Positions 25,811 through 38,157 of a stretch of 64,000 nucleotides of DNA are shown here, piece by piece. The stretch comes from Camelus dromedarius (Eukaryota). Position numbers and translations under genes: made by a program. Each line of letters opens with the position of its first letter. Position 1 is the stretch's first letter. The stretch is taken from contig NC_087436.1 of the NCBI RefSeq assembly GCF_036321535.1, forward strand, positions 84,508,001 to 84,572,000, in the 5' to 3' direction. The notes beneath the pieces were generated by a model that searched no databases, was not told where the DNA came from, and was given only the letters and a program-made list of their open reading frames with translations.

Positions 25811-26404
25811 CTTCTCTTCTACTATTTGCCATAGTCATTCTTGTGTGGAAGTCTCTACTCATGCCATCCTGATCCGGAACATCCGTGCCTCTCAGCCAGT
25901 CCAAGTCCTGACCATTGCTGGGAGACAGCTGCAGGCCTCCTCATTCTGGAGCCCCTTCCTGTCTGCTCCAGTCCCAGAGTGAGCCCCCGCTCCATGGAGC
26001 CCCTTCAGTTCTCACCATGCTTACAGCTGGCACTTACTATAGCGTGCCGTAGCTGAGCATGATGCAGTAAATGCCGGGTGTCAGGCAGAAACTGGAAGTA
26101 GGGCAAGTCGTGTCCCAGCAGTGCCTCTGTCAGGCAGCTGAAGGCAGGAAGAGACCTGAGGACCAGCAGGACAGCTCAGGACCATGTGATCAGCTCCCTA
26201 GTAAGGCCGCAGCAGAATAGAGAGGCAGAACAGTGGATGCTTATGAATGCACTCATCACTGCTTGGCGGCTCAGCAACTCACCAGCAAGTCATTCTCTAG
26301 CCCTGGTTTTCTCATCTTTGAAATGGGAGTAATAATGTCAACCTCAGAGAGTCATGGTAAATATTACAAGAGTTCACCTATTCAAAACACACTGTGTTAA
26401 GTTT

Positions 26405-26660
26405 AATAAGTGGCAGCTTTAATGTGCACCAATGGGTATTCTCTGTGGAAAAAAAAAGATTTGTGGTTAAAGGAATCTTGGAAAAGCTTCCAAGTACATC
26501 TCTCTTCTTGGAGATTCCCAGAGCACACTGGCATAGTAAAAGCTCTGAAAAGTCCTATGTAAAGGAACCTATTTAATTCATTTTGGTCCAGAATTTCCCA
26601 AACCTATTTGTCAAAATGACACTCTCCCCCTTTTTAAATATAACACTTTGGGAAACATAG
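26405..26660. mobile_element. hAT-Charlie-type DNA transposon fossil (MER103-like)
   Basis: aaagctctgaaaagtcct...tttcccaaacctatttg...cactttgggaaaca; a related copy lies at about 34268-34528. Confidence 0.5.
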
Positions 26661-28687
26661 TATTAGCTATATTTAGTTAATAAAGGAAGTCATATTAAGT
26701 TGTTAAAATTGATCATGTTTTACTATTTTGCTTTTCCCACAGGCATGTATAACTTAAAAGCAGCAGCCTAGGAGAAATAAAGGCTTCTAACCTAGAGAAA
26801 GAACAGAATGCTTGAAAACCCAAAGGAAATGAGAGAAATTCAGGCAGAAGGAGCAGATCGATAATGAGCTATTTTTGACCACGGAGACATTTCTAGAATT
26901 ACAGATTCTTAGAGTCTGACAGCCTGTTAAAGTTCAGCTTCTTTAAACGCCCATCCAGTGCAGAAATGCCCCTTCATCAGTCCCAATCCCTTTGGCACAC
27001 ACCCAGCCTCCCCATGTCTAGGCAACTCTGGTAATGAGGAAATTCTCTCTCACAATGGGCTGAAATCTGCCTCCTGGGAACCTCCACCCAAAATCATGTC
27101 CATGAAATCGCGAGTTTGGTGTTTAAGTGAGAGCTGCCCATTTTGGAGATAGCAAATAAATCAGACATTTTTTGAATCCTTACACAACGTAATGTAACAT
27201 GTCTGTTAACTGAGCAGTGAGCTGACAGTAAGAATTGTTGGAAACAACATTTTTCATTTTCTCCATCTGTAAATAGGGTGAATAATCAGAAGTTCAGCTA
27301 CACCGTAAGCAATGCATGTAATACTTACTTCATGGGTGGAACTATTTTGCAATTGAAAATTTCTGAGAAGAAAAAGGGAATATATATTTTAATTGACTTC
27401 TATTTGCCTATCTTTTTTCATTTTAAAAACACATAAAGAGCCATTTTAAAACTCATCATCCAAAGTTTACCCTTCCGGCCTCCTATTTATACAAATAAAT
27501 GTTGAATAATTAAAATATAGCATGTCTCATAAATATAGGTTTATCAGTAAGTCAATATTAAGAACAGGTAGCATTACCTATATTTAATAGAAATGCAGCT
27601 GTTTGATCCAATGCAGATTTCCCCAAGGCTTTATAAAATTTAAAACCTTAAGGAAACCCCAAGAGGTAAATGGAATATAACTTCAATGGGAAGAGAACCA
27701 GGGTCCAGGCTCCTCTAGGAGTCCAATCAGAGACTTGACAAAACCATAACCTGCTGTAAAAAGGATGGGTTGTGTCTTTAAAGGACAGTCCTTCCAAAGG
27801 AGAACTATCCAGGCTTGATCTCATTTTGCATTAAACTGCTACTTGGTCACATTTTAGTATGTATACCTCATTCTGATGCTGTGAGGCAAAAAAAGGTTCA
27901 CATCCTTATTTTGCAAGGGAAGAAACTGAAGTAAAATCAAACCCGATTCATGCTGGACAATCCTCAACTCTACATCCATACTGACATTCCAACAATTGGG
28001 TTAGTTTGGTGCTAGCTGTGTTCTCCTTTCAGTGAAATAGTTTCCTTCGGTTAAACTCAATAGTTTTCTTACTAAAGACAATGTTAAATAAACACAGGCC
28101 TTTGGAGGAAAGGAATCAGCATTACTTAGGACTAACAAATGCTGTTGTGGATATTGTAAAGCTTAATGTGCACAGCTTGCCTGAGGATTCTGTAATCTGA
28201 GCTCGTGTAGTTGACACAGACAGCCCACCGAGGGTGTTTTTATCTTTGTCCTTGAAACACAGCAGGGTCACAAATTACATCATCTATGGCTTCAACATGT
28301 ACTAGGGCAACTTAATGCCGTGCCAGGCAGTCACAGGAAACACTTTTTGAGCACCTACAATGAGGCTGAATAAAACCTGGTCCCTGACTTTGTGGGCCTG
28401 GCAGCTGAGTGAGAGAGACAGACAAGCCAATCAATCATTTCCACAGAAAGCGCTAAGTTCTTTGCAGGAACCAGGCTCGCGATGCTGGGGAAAAGCAATC
28501 AAGGGCCAGCAAATCAGACCGGGTGGTGGAAAAGGGCTTCTCAGAGGAGCCCACTTCTGAGCTGTCAGTAGCAGTGCTTAACAGTCTCTGACTCTGACTT
28601 CAATTCCCAGCACTCAGGTGAGAAAGTACCTCCTGACCCTGCTTGAGTTCTCGACACTGTCACAGCCAGACTTAGTGCCTGTGCTCT

Positions 28688-28798
28688 AAGAGGGAGAGAG
28701 AGAGAAAAAGGAGAGAGAGGAGAGGGGGAGAGAGAGAGGAGGAGGGAGGAGAGGGGAGAGGAGGAGGAGGTAGGAGAGGAGAGAGGAGGAGAGGGAAG
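28688..28798. repeat. Polypurine GA/GGA-rich tract
   Basis: About 110 nt that are almost purely A/G on the + strand (one T). Confidence 0.95.
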
Positions 28799-29084
28799 TT
28801 GGGGAACAAGGAGCAGAAACTGAAAGCTGCATGGCAAGCAGGTTCCAGCAGCTGCTAGAGATGGCCAGGGGTATGAAGGGTGACACCTGGTGCCTGAACA
28901 GTCTGCAGGAGTAAAACCTAGTGTATGAAGCACCCTTTCTCCCTGCCAGGCAACCGGAGAAAGGACATTATCTCCTTCAGTCCAAGGAAGCTTGCTGAGC
29001 CGAGGCAGTGAGGTGCTGCCTTCCTCCACCAGTGAGGGCAGCAAAATGAAGGCGCAGGTCCCTGTGCTCTCCCAGCAAGTGAGG

Positions 29085-29690
29085 CCAGCCTCGTGTGTCA
29101 ACTCCCCGAGGTGGCGCCTCCGCACAGGACGCACCACGTCCCCCAGTCCACCCTCCCGGAGGTGGAACCCATCCGGGCTGCTGCCCCCTGCCTCCTTCGG
29201 GACCCCGCTCCCACCCCGGAACTCCGCCAAAGATCTGAAAACAAAGTGCAAAGAGTTCTTACCTCAGACTGTCCTCCAGGATCTCCTCGTCGGAAGACAA
29301 GGTCCCATTGCTGACACTCGGGGGAGAGCGACTCTTCTGTCCCGCAGACCCCTCCCGGGACACCGACGTGCCTTTCTTTTTCCTTCTGCCAAACAACTTC
29401 TTAAAAGGCTGGAATTTGCCTCCCTTCTTCTTGTCTGTGGATCACAAGATAAACACACGCCGCAGTTTGACAGGGCTGCACCTGTGAGCCGAAGAGCGAA
29501 TTACAGCCGAGCTGCGCTGCAAGCTGGGGGCAAAGGGCGGCCGTGGGAGCGAGGAGCCACCGGGGCCCGCGCCAGCGCCCACGGGCAGCGGGTCCGCGCG
29601 GCAGCATCGGGCGAGGCCGGCCCAGGACACCCGGCCTCTGCCCTCCCGCTCTCAACCAGCCTCATGGTGGCCGGCTCGGCACCCCCTGCA
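29085..29690. promoter_or_regulatory. Intragenic CpG-rich island over and upstream of the 172-nt exon
   Basis: Visibly high GC and CpG density (e.g. gcgccagcgcccacgggcagcgggtccgcgcggc) against a CpG-depleted background; observed/expected ratio not computed. Confidence 0.6.
29263..29434 (-). CDS. CRACD: CRACD upstream exon (172 nt, phase 1/2), likely coding: KKKGGKFQPFKKLFGRRKKKGTSVSREGSAGQKSRSPPSVSNGTLSSDEEILEDSL(R)
   Basis: Acceptor tttatcttgtgatccacag and donor GAG|gtaaga. 56 open codons; the terminal AG plus the first G of exon 11227 gives AGG (Arg), in frame. The KKK..KF..FK..FG..KK pattern resembles the recalled N-terminus of the paralog CRACDL. The ORF track misses this frame because it has no start codon. 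Confidence 0.85.
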
Positions 29691-30214
29691 CAAAGGTGGT
29701 GCCTGCTTGCCTTGACAAAGCAGATGGCCAGGGCCCCTCTCCACGGAAGAGGATGAGAAAAACAGCGACGTCAGACAGGTGTTTAAAAGATTTATATTAT
29801 ATACAATATAAATCTCCCCTGAGAATCACTCTCTTTCACACTTTGTTAGATTACAGAAGATAACTGCCAACACTTGGTGTAAGTTTTGCCCGCAATTCCC
29901 TCCATCCCCATATATTTCTAGTTAATTCCTCCTGTACCCTTTTAAGATCTCCCACGAAGAGCCCCAAAGGACTTGCTATGAACATCTTTCCACATATTAC
30001 TTGATCCAGTCGGGACCCAGGCTCACTGCCAGCACTTCCTACAGATATTTTAGGTAATGCTTTTCAGTTCTGCTCCTTAAGATACAAATTCTTCCAAATG
30101 ACTCCATGTTTCCCCGAGAAAAGAAAGTACAAATCACCCTCTATTAGAAGGAGCATCTTCTCAGATCTTTCCTTTTCTTTAAGAAGCTTAGAGTCATTTA
30201 TCCAGTGGTCAATC

Positions 30215-30361
30215 TTTTTTTTTTTTTTTTTTTTTTTTGGTGGAGGGGAGGTAATTAAGTTTATGTATTTATTTATTTTTTAAAGGAGATACTGGGGATT
30301 GAACCCAGGACCTCATGCATGCCAAGCATGTGCTTTACCACTTGAGCTATACCCTCCCCCC
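30215..30361 (-). mobile_element. tRNA-Ala-derived SINE (Vic-1 type)
   Basis: Same head and tail on the reverse strand, with a long poly(T) at 30215-30238. Confidence 0.88.
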
Positions 30362-30932
30362 TCTTTTTTTTTAAACCCTTACTATGCATGACTGCTCAAA
30401 GAACTCTACAGATATTAACTCAGTTATCCTCAAAACAACCCTGGGAGATACATACTACTAACATCCCTATTTCACAGATGAGGAACCTGATGCCCAGAGA
30501 GATGAAATTACTTGTCTGTCATGGGAAACATATCTTTGAAGCGGGAGCCAGGAGCTCTGAGGGAAAAGGAAAGATGGAAGCACATTGGTGTATGGAAAAG
30601 TACCTGCAAAAAACACACAGGTACGAGCCCCCAACTGGGTATCAGAGTCCCTAGATCTCTGCTGGCCAAAGTCTACGGAGAGATCTGGGTATAAAGATCC
30701 AGGTTAATGATGTTCAAGGCAGTCACCTCATTTCCTCTGGTGACCTGCAGTTCTGGCCTCACTAAGAGTTCACACAGAAAATGTGATGTGAGGAAGGGAG
30801 AACACAGAAAGAATAATCACCAATTACAATAGACAACAGTCTGGGATCCTTAGTACAGGTGCAAACACACTTTCAAACTTCATCAATCCCCAAAACAATG
30901 TTTTATCTCACCCTTTAAAGTAAAAGAGATTT

Positions 30933-31250
30933 AAGACTCACAAACATAGAAAACAAACTGTGGTTACCAAAAGGGAAAGGGGTAGGGGGCAGGGATAAAT
31001 TAGGAGTTTGGGATTAACATATACACACTACTATATATAAAACAGACAAACAACAAGGACCTACTGTATAGCACAGGGAACTAACTATATTTAATATCTT
31101 GTAATAACCTATAATGGAAAAAATCTGAAAAAGAATATATATATATGTACATGTATAACTGAATCACTTTGCTATACACTTGAAACTAACACAACATTGT
31201 AAATCAATTATACTTCAATAAAAAACAAAATAAAATAAAAAAATAATAAA
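30933..31250 (+). mobile_element. Young 5'-truncated L1 3' end
   Basis: agactcacaaacatagaaaacaaactgtggttaccaaa...tatacttcaataaaaa; TSD aaag(t/g)aaa(a/g)gagattta. Confidence 0.88.
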
Positions 31251-32047
31251 AGGAAAGGAGATTTATAACACAGCAGATGCCCCACATACATAAGGCATTG
31301 TGCTAGGCATGCAGTCCTCAAAGAGTTAAATTATTTTCACTGTGCATTATTGAAAAGGCAAGAGAATGTGCAATATAACTGAGATCATATCATTTAAAAA
31401 TGGTAAAAAGTAAAAAAACTGGAGGATTTGATTTCAGAATGTTTATATATTTTCAGTGGTTATTTATTCAGGAGTATAGACCAGAGATTTTTATGAAACC
31501 TACTTTTGGTTCCCATCAGTAAAATGTCCAACAGAGAATTTAAAAAATTATAGTCAGTAGTTGTGGAAGACCATCAAAGCACATTAGGCAAGTGTTAGAA
31601 GAACTGACTCTATATAAAATGAGTCAACTGAAAAAATTTTAATAAAACAATTCTATAAGGCACCACAGGTATCATTACATTATTATATAATTGGTCTTGG
31701 GCACCGACTGGTGAAATAAGTGAATGCTTTCACTACAACTGTCCAAGGTTCAAAATATGTAAGTGACATCTGATTTCTAGGTTTGATAGCATCACAGTAA
31801 ATGGTCAAACATGTACTTTATGTTACACTTCATTTATTTCTGAAGTAAATTCTTTTTTTCTTTTATGTCAATTGTTTTTTCCCCACTGTAGAAATACCTA
31901 ACCCCAAATTCTCTAATCAGAAATATTCTAAAAGAGCACAGCAAAATTCTAAAAGTATCAGTTATGACGTCATTACCCCCAGCCTGGATCCATACACCTA
32001 GCTTTCAAACTAAGTAGAGAATTTTAGATTGTTCGAATTTAGTGTCG

Positions 32048-32112
32048 GGAAAAAGGAGTCATCACTTGCTCTAAAGTCTCAGGAAAAAGGAGTCATCACT
32101 TGCTCTGAAGTC
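32048..32112. repeat. Tandem duplication, 34-bp period, two copies
   Basis: ggaaaaaggagtcatcacttgctct(a/g)aagtc at 32048 and 32082. Confidence 0.95.
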
Positions 32113-35100
32113 GGGGTAGATTTGGTGGGGTTCAGCTGAGCTGGAACCAAGGGAAGTAACTATAACTAAAGACAAATTACAGCTCCTTGAATGAGTTACT
32201 TGTGTATTTAACTGATGGGCAACTTGGTCTACATGGTCAGCCAAGAAGGCTGATGAGGGCCTTTGTACTGCCTCACTGTCTTAAATGGTGGCAGCCACCA
32301 TATACAATATTTGCTGCATTGGTCATATTGTTGGGCAGTGGGGTGCAGACAGAAAGTGAACAGACAGTCTTGGAGAGGACACCAGGAGATGGAAGCCTCA
32401 GCTTGGAGAACTTGGTGGCTTCATGCAAGCAGAAAATGGTCTCTGTCAGGCGATCTGCAGAGCTGGCCACTTGAGAATTGCTTGTGAACCAGGCAATCTG
32501 GCACATTATGCTGCAGGTTATGTAGGCAATCACTTGGCGTGAGTCCACAGACATCATCCTGGAAGACGTGCCAAAGTCCAGATGTCAGACAGCACCCTTC
32601 TCATAAACTATCGGGAAAGGCTGTTTCATCAATGCCTTACTTATTACTGGGAAGGTAAAGAAACAGTAAAACCTACTTGAACTCTCCATCCAACAACCAA
32701 TCCTTACCATGAGAAAACAAAAAATTCTAACCCCTAACACCAATCTTTCCTCGAAGGAGGAGTCAGAACACAGACACTGTTGTTAGAAGTCTGCCTCAAA
32801 GTCTTAGTCTTTGGTGACATCTCAGTTATAAAAAAAAAATCCCCATGCTCACTTGCAAAATGAATTACACATTCCTTTCAGAAGTATCTTTAAATTTCAA
32901 ATAAAATCGAAAAGCTTATTTTTACAATTATTTTATTATTGACTGTGGCAATTAATTTTCCAGGATTAACTTTGGAAAAAACTCAGTAATTGCAATTAGG
33001 CCCATCCAACATTCAGACAGCAAACGGTGATTAAGCAACTTAATAGGGAATGAAATTTTATATATCAGGAAAGAAGTTACACACTTATTTACTTGACTCC
33101 CCAGTTTGATTCTCAATGTATAGGTCTAAGATCTTTCATATCAAAAAACCAAGTACCTAAATTTTATGAAGCTTTTGCAATTCTATGCCACAACCATCAT
33201 CATGAAAACCTGAGCTTGTGGTCTACACATATCCATTCAATAAATTATTTTATGATCAACTTATGATTTGGGGACTGTATTAACAGTCTGTCTCCACAGA
33301 ATCAATTGGGTTAAGTACATGGTCATCACTAACTGCTATTCTCTTGACTAATAATGCCAACTGTTACTGTCAGTATTTTTGTACAGATGGAGCCTGAAAG
33401 ATTAAAGCAATTTTCACAATGTAGTAAAACAGAGCACTTCTGCAATGCTATTGTGAAATATTCCAAAATACAATGGTCATGTAGAGAGAGTATGGTTTAG
33501 CAAAGTAGCTTCCGACATCAAAGTATTTAGGATGGCATTTTAGAATCTTACAACAGAAATTTACTTTTGTTAGGTAGTTGGGGCAGTGGGGAGAGGGGAA
33601 GTGGAGAAGAAAGAAATATAATTTCTACTAAGGTTTTTTTTTACTAACTGCAGCTCAAGTTAGGGGTTAAGTGTATGTGACAAGAGTAGTTGACCCGAAT
33701 CCTGATCCCATGTCTTACTAGCTGTGTAACATCTGCTTACCAGCCTCTGTGGAAATCCGCCATCTTAATTGAATTTATAGGAGAAAAAGCAGTGGGTGCC
33801 ACATTTATTTAATATTTTAGCATTTTTTGGCTGTAATTTTTCACATGAAAGAACCTGTATCTGCATATACATTGCTTCAGGGATCACAGTAATTTTCCTT
33901 CTTTAAGTACTGAATTAAATTAATTTATTTTCATCATCCAATAATTACTTTAGGGATTTTTTTTTCATTTAAAAAAGTGCTCACAATCCATTATTTCATG
34001 GGTATAATTACATACCATTTGATGGCTGCATCATCGTAATTGCTAGTTTATACAGAAGATTCTACAAATTAAAAATCAACGGGCAAGTCAAGCAAATCTG
34101 ATTCATTTTCCATTTGTCATAAGGATGCAATTCTTACATTTTCATTTCTAAACCTAAAATAATAAAAGCATACAATTTCTCAGCACTGGATTTATATGGT
34201 ACACTTCCAAATGAGAAGCAGAATTTCCTCTCACAGTTCATTTGGAACATCATCAATGTCTTAGGCTAGAGTTTCTCAGGATATGCTCTGTGGGGGCAGC
34301 ACCAGGTTCTCATTCAAAGATCAGTACATTTGAGAATCCACATAAAACAAAGTTAAGTATGCTTCTTTACTATGGGATCTTTCAGAGTCTTTGATATGCT
34401 GATATCATTACTGTGCTCCAAAAGATCAGAGACTAGGCAGTGCTGCCCAAACTTGTCTGGCCGTGGAAACGACTTTCTGGATATTCACCGTGACTAGTGT
34501 TCCTTTGCACATACTCTGGGAAACAATGTCTTCATTATTTCTTTCAAACACCTTTCAGTTTCTTTAGGTACCATATCTTTTACACACACACCTCCCTGAA
34601 TCCTGGAGCACACCGCTCAGTAAACATGAGTGAGTCAACTGAAACATGTGGGGTCTTACTGGTTAAATAAACCTAATGTGGCCAAGTTGTGATTTCAAAC
34701 ACGCGTGTAAATAGCATATATTAGGACACGGTACGCAGCAATTGCCTGAATCCTATAATTTTACTAATCTAAGAGGAATTTTGCAGGGCTTTTCTTAGCT
34801 CTGGAACACCAGAATACTTTTAAGAAGAAACTGTTCAGTTAAAAAAAGATAGCAGAAGTACATTCTGATGCACAAGTACTTGGTGGCTGGCACATCTTTA
34901 AGGGACCACATGGTCTCAGTATATTTCAGTTCAGACTCAGGTGCTGGCAACATGTCAAATGGGCCATGCTCTCTGGTGCCACCACAACAAGACTGAGGAC
35001 TGAGATGCTACTTCCAGAGAGGAAGGAAGGGGCGTGGTGGCACTTATCAGGTCACATGGGGGGAGAAGGAACAGCTGTCTCCTCTTCCGGGGAAGCATAG

Positions 35101-35541
35101 AGGGAGAAAGATATTTTGCTGTTTTGCTGTTGCAGAAAATGAAGATACAGCATCAATAAAACTCTTTTAAAAGAGGGCAGGGGTCCCTGGAACAAATGGT
35201 GAGAAGTTCCAGGTGGGTAGACACTGTGGTTCTCACAAGTCAGGGGTCAAAGGCAGAGATGGTGGTAACCAACCCACAGCAGGGAATGGCAGGTCCTGGA
35301 CACTTGGGTGGAAGGGTCATGGCACATGCTGAGGTCCTGCAAGGCAGGCCCAGCACTTGGACTGGCTTTGACCCCTGGGCCAGAAATGTCTTTCTTCCTT
35401 CCCAATATGATGAAATTCTAGTCATTCTTCAAGATCTATGTCCTTGAAGCTTTTCCCAAATCCCCAAGCCCAGTGATAATTAAGCACACCTTCCTCTGGC
35501 TTCTGTCCACTTTGCTCATACTTCTGTTGTGCCACACTGTG

Positions 35542-35924
35542 TGTTATGAGCTGAACTGTGTCTGCCCAAAGTCATATGTGGAAGTCCTAACCCGACAAGT
35601 ACCTCAGAATGTGACTGTATTTGGAGACAAGGTCTTTAAAGAGGTAACTAAGATAAAAAGGTCATTAAGGTGGTCCCTAACCCAACATGACTGGTATCTT
35701 TAAAAGAAGAGATTAGGGCACAGGCACACATGGAGGGAAGACCCTGTGAGGACACAGAGAAAAGACAAGCCATCTACAAGCCAAGGAAAGAAGCCTCAGA
35801 AGAAACCAACACCAATGACACCTTGATCTTGGACATCTCGCCTGCAGAATAATGAGAAAATAAATTGTGCTAAGCCACTGGGTCAGTGGTACTTTGTTAT
35901 GGAAGCCCTAGTGAACTGACATAC
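35542..35924 (+). mobile_element. MaLR MLT1A/B-type LTR
   Basis: tgttatgagctgaactgtgtc...cctcagaatgtgactgtatttggaga...gtggtactttgttatggaagcccta. Confidence 0.85.
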
Positions 35925-36540
35925 CACATTGTGGTTGTGTGATATCAAAAAAGGATCACTCTGGATCTGTTTTGGGACTCTGTGCCTTCAACTTTTACAG
36001 ATGTTCTTCTTCTCCCTGAAATGCCTTTCTCCCTTTGCCTCGAGAACTCCTAACTATCCCCCCAAACAGTCCAGGAGTCACATACTCTGGAAGGCCTTCC
36101 TTGAACACTCTGGCCAGAAAGATCGACTCCCTCCTCTGTTCTCCATCTGTGCATACGCAGACATCTATTACACTGCCACGAAGCACACCACAGCTCCTGG
36201 ATGCAACTTCCCCGGCCACAGGGATTGCACCTTGTTCATTCTCTACCTGCAGCCCCTATCACAATGCCTGACACAAAGCAGACACTCAATATTCGGATCA
36301 ACCGTTCCCTATTTCCTTGGGGCCAGATGTGTTTTAGAAATCAGAATTTTTCAGATTGCATACAGGCATATTTAGATCCCAGTGGGGTCTGTGACAGGCA
36401 TTTATAATCAAATACAGTGTTTCTGGAAAGCATTTATTTACCTTAATTTTTGCTAACAAACAAATTTGTGCCAAACTTACAAAGAACTTTTGGGATTTTG
36501 AAAGTACAGGTAAAAAGGATGGTGATCTCTTTGAGCAATA

Positions 36541-37117
36541 CAATCAGTTCCGCAATCACACTTGTTTTGAAAATGCAAATTTGTTCCAATGTGATTAATA
36601 TATGCTGTCTCATCCATGAGAAACACTAGGTGAGTGCAGAACACTGCACCCTGCTGAATGGAGGTGCATAGGAATACACACAACACACACACACACACAC
36701 CCCTCAAATGTCTACCAGTTTCCCCACACTGCCACTTGTGTTATGAGATTAACCCATGCACATGTGGGGTTACAGCTTTCTGTCTGATGTCAGAAAACCC
36801 CCCTTCCACCGCCTCACAATAATGTACAAGGTGCAGCCCTCCTCCGATGCTCTGGTCCACAAGCAAACTTCAGGTCTTGTTCAAGGTAAAGTACCGTACT
36901 TATTGTAGTACTGATTTACTTCATTACCATTCAACATGTGTAAAACTGTGCTGCATCTTTTGTTAGGTTCCTACTGTTTTAAATATCTCACTGGTAATTT
37001 TTTGTGTGTTGTGCTGCTATCCCATTTTTCCCATTAGCCCTTGGTTTTCATTTTGTGATTTTGCATAGCTCATTGACTTTTAGCAACACACATGTCACGT
37101 GACAGGAGAATTGACTG
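36541..37117. mobile_element. Tigger (TcMar) DNA transposon fossil
   Basis: Imperfect TIRs caatcagttc / gaattgactg flanked by TA on both sides. Confidence 0.7.
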
Positions 37118-37721
37118 TACGTACTGAACAGAACCTACTGAAATAGGTTTGTACTGCACTTGCTAGATCTAGGTAAGGACCTACCAATGAAAATGATAAC
37201 TACTTGGATGTTTCTTGGGCCCTACGTTACTCAAAATCACATCCATTTTTAATTTTTCTAGTTTTTCCCATTGGTTTATCTCAGAACCCCCTTTTAAGAA
37301 CGTTTCACAACAATTCACAAGAGAATCCAAATAATACTGAGAAACAGTAACAGAGGCAGATATGATTTTTAACGGGAAGCCTCAGTATTTGGCCACATCT
37401 CTCCCACTACGAGGAAATGTATGGGTGGCAGTTCTTTTCACTGCCAATTTCTTTCACTTGAGTTTCAGAGGGTGCTGTGAATCAATACCTGACTCTGAGT
37501 GGAAAACAATGGCAGGGGGAGCTGCCTGCGACCTTGCCCTGCATACTTAGTACAGTAGCAAACAGCCTCAACAGAGGATACCGCTACACAAAGGCTGAAC
37601 ACCTTAAACTCATCTCAGTTCAACACATATTACTGAACACCCAATAGCTTATAAGATCAGTGCAGGGGCCCAGCTGGCAGCACTGATGGTTCAAACAAAA
37701 GCTTTTAGGGACATCTGAGGC

Positions 37722-38157
37722 TGTATCAGGGTTTAATCAGAGAAACAGAACCAGCAGGAGGTGTTTTGCGTGCGTGCGTGCCTGCGTGGGTGCATGTAAG
37801 ATATATTGAGATTCATTGCCAGGAGTTGGCATCTGCCAGGTTGGGGCTGGCTAAACAAGTCTGGAACCCACAGGGCAAGACCTCAGGAAGGGCAGGCTGG
37901 AATTTGCTGCTGGTTCACAGGTGGAATTTCTTCTCTCAGGGAAGCCTCAATCCTGTTTTTAAGGCCTTTGGATTTATAGAATCAGGCCCACCCAGATTAT
38001 GCTGAATAATCTCCCTTGCTTATAGTCAACTGATTAAGTACTTTAACTTCAAACAAAATCCCTTCACATCAACAGCTCAATTAAACAGTATTTGTGTTTG
38101 ATTAAATAACTGGGGAGTATATCCTAGCCAAGCTGACACATCAAAATGGCCATCACA
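37722..38157 (-). mobile_element. MLT2-type 3' LTR of an ERV-L element
   Basis: The minus strand begins tgtgatggcc...tgtgtcagcttggctagg and ends ttctgtttctctg...gataca; preceded by the purine tract agggtggag. Confidence 0.85.

Noticed and set aside
28565..29863. Long ORFs 28992..29756 (+, 254 aa), 28565..29251 (-, 228 aa) and neighbours
   Set aside because: Explained by high GC and the GA tract suppressing stop codons; no recognisable protein. The real exon is in a different frame.
32703..32780. Donor ATG|gtaagg as a start exon
   Set aside because: The ATG is phase 0, out of frame with the 172-nt exon, and the phase-1 frame has a TAG.
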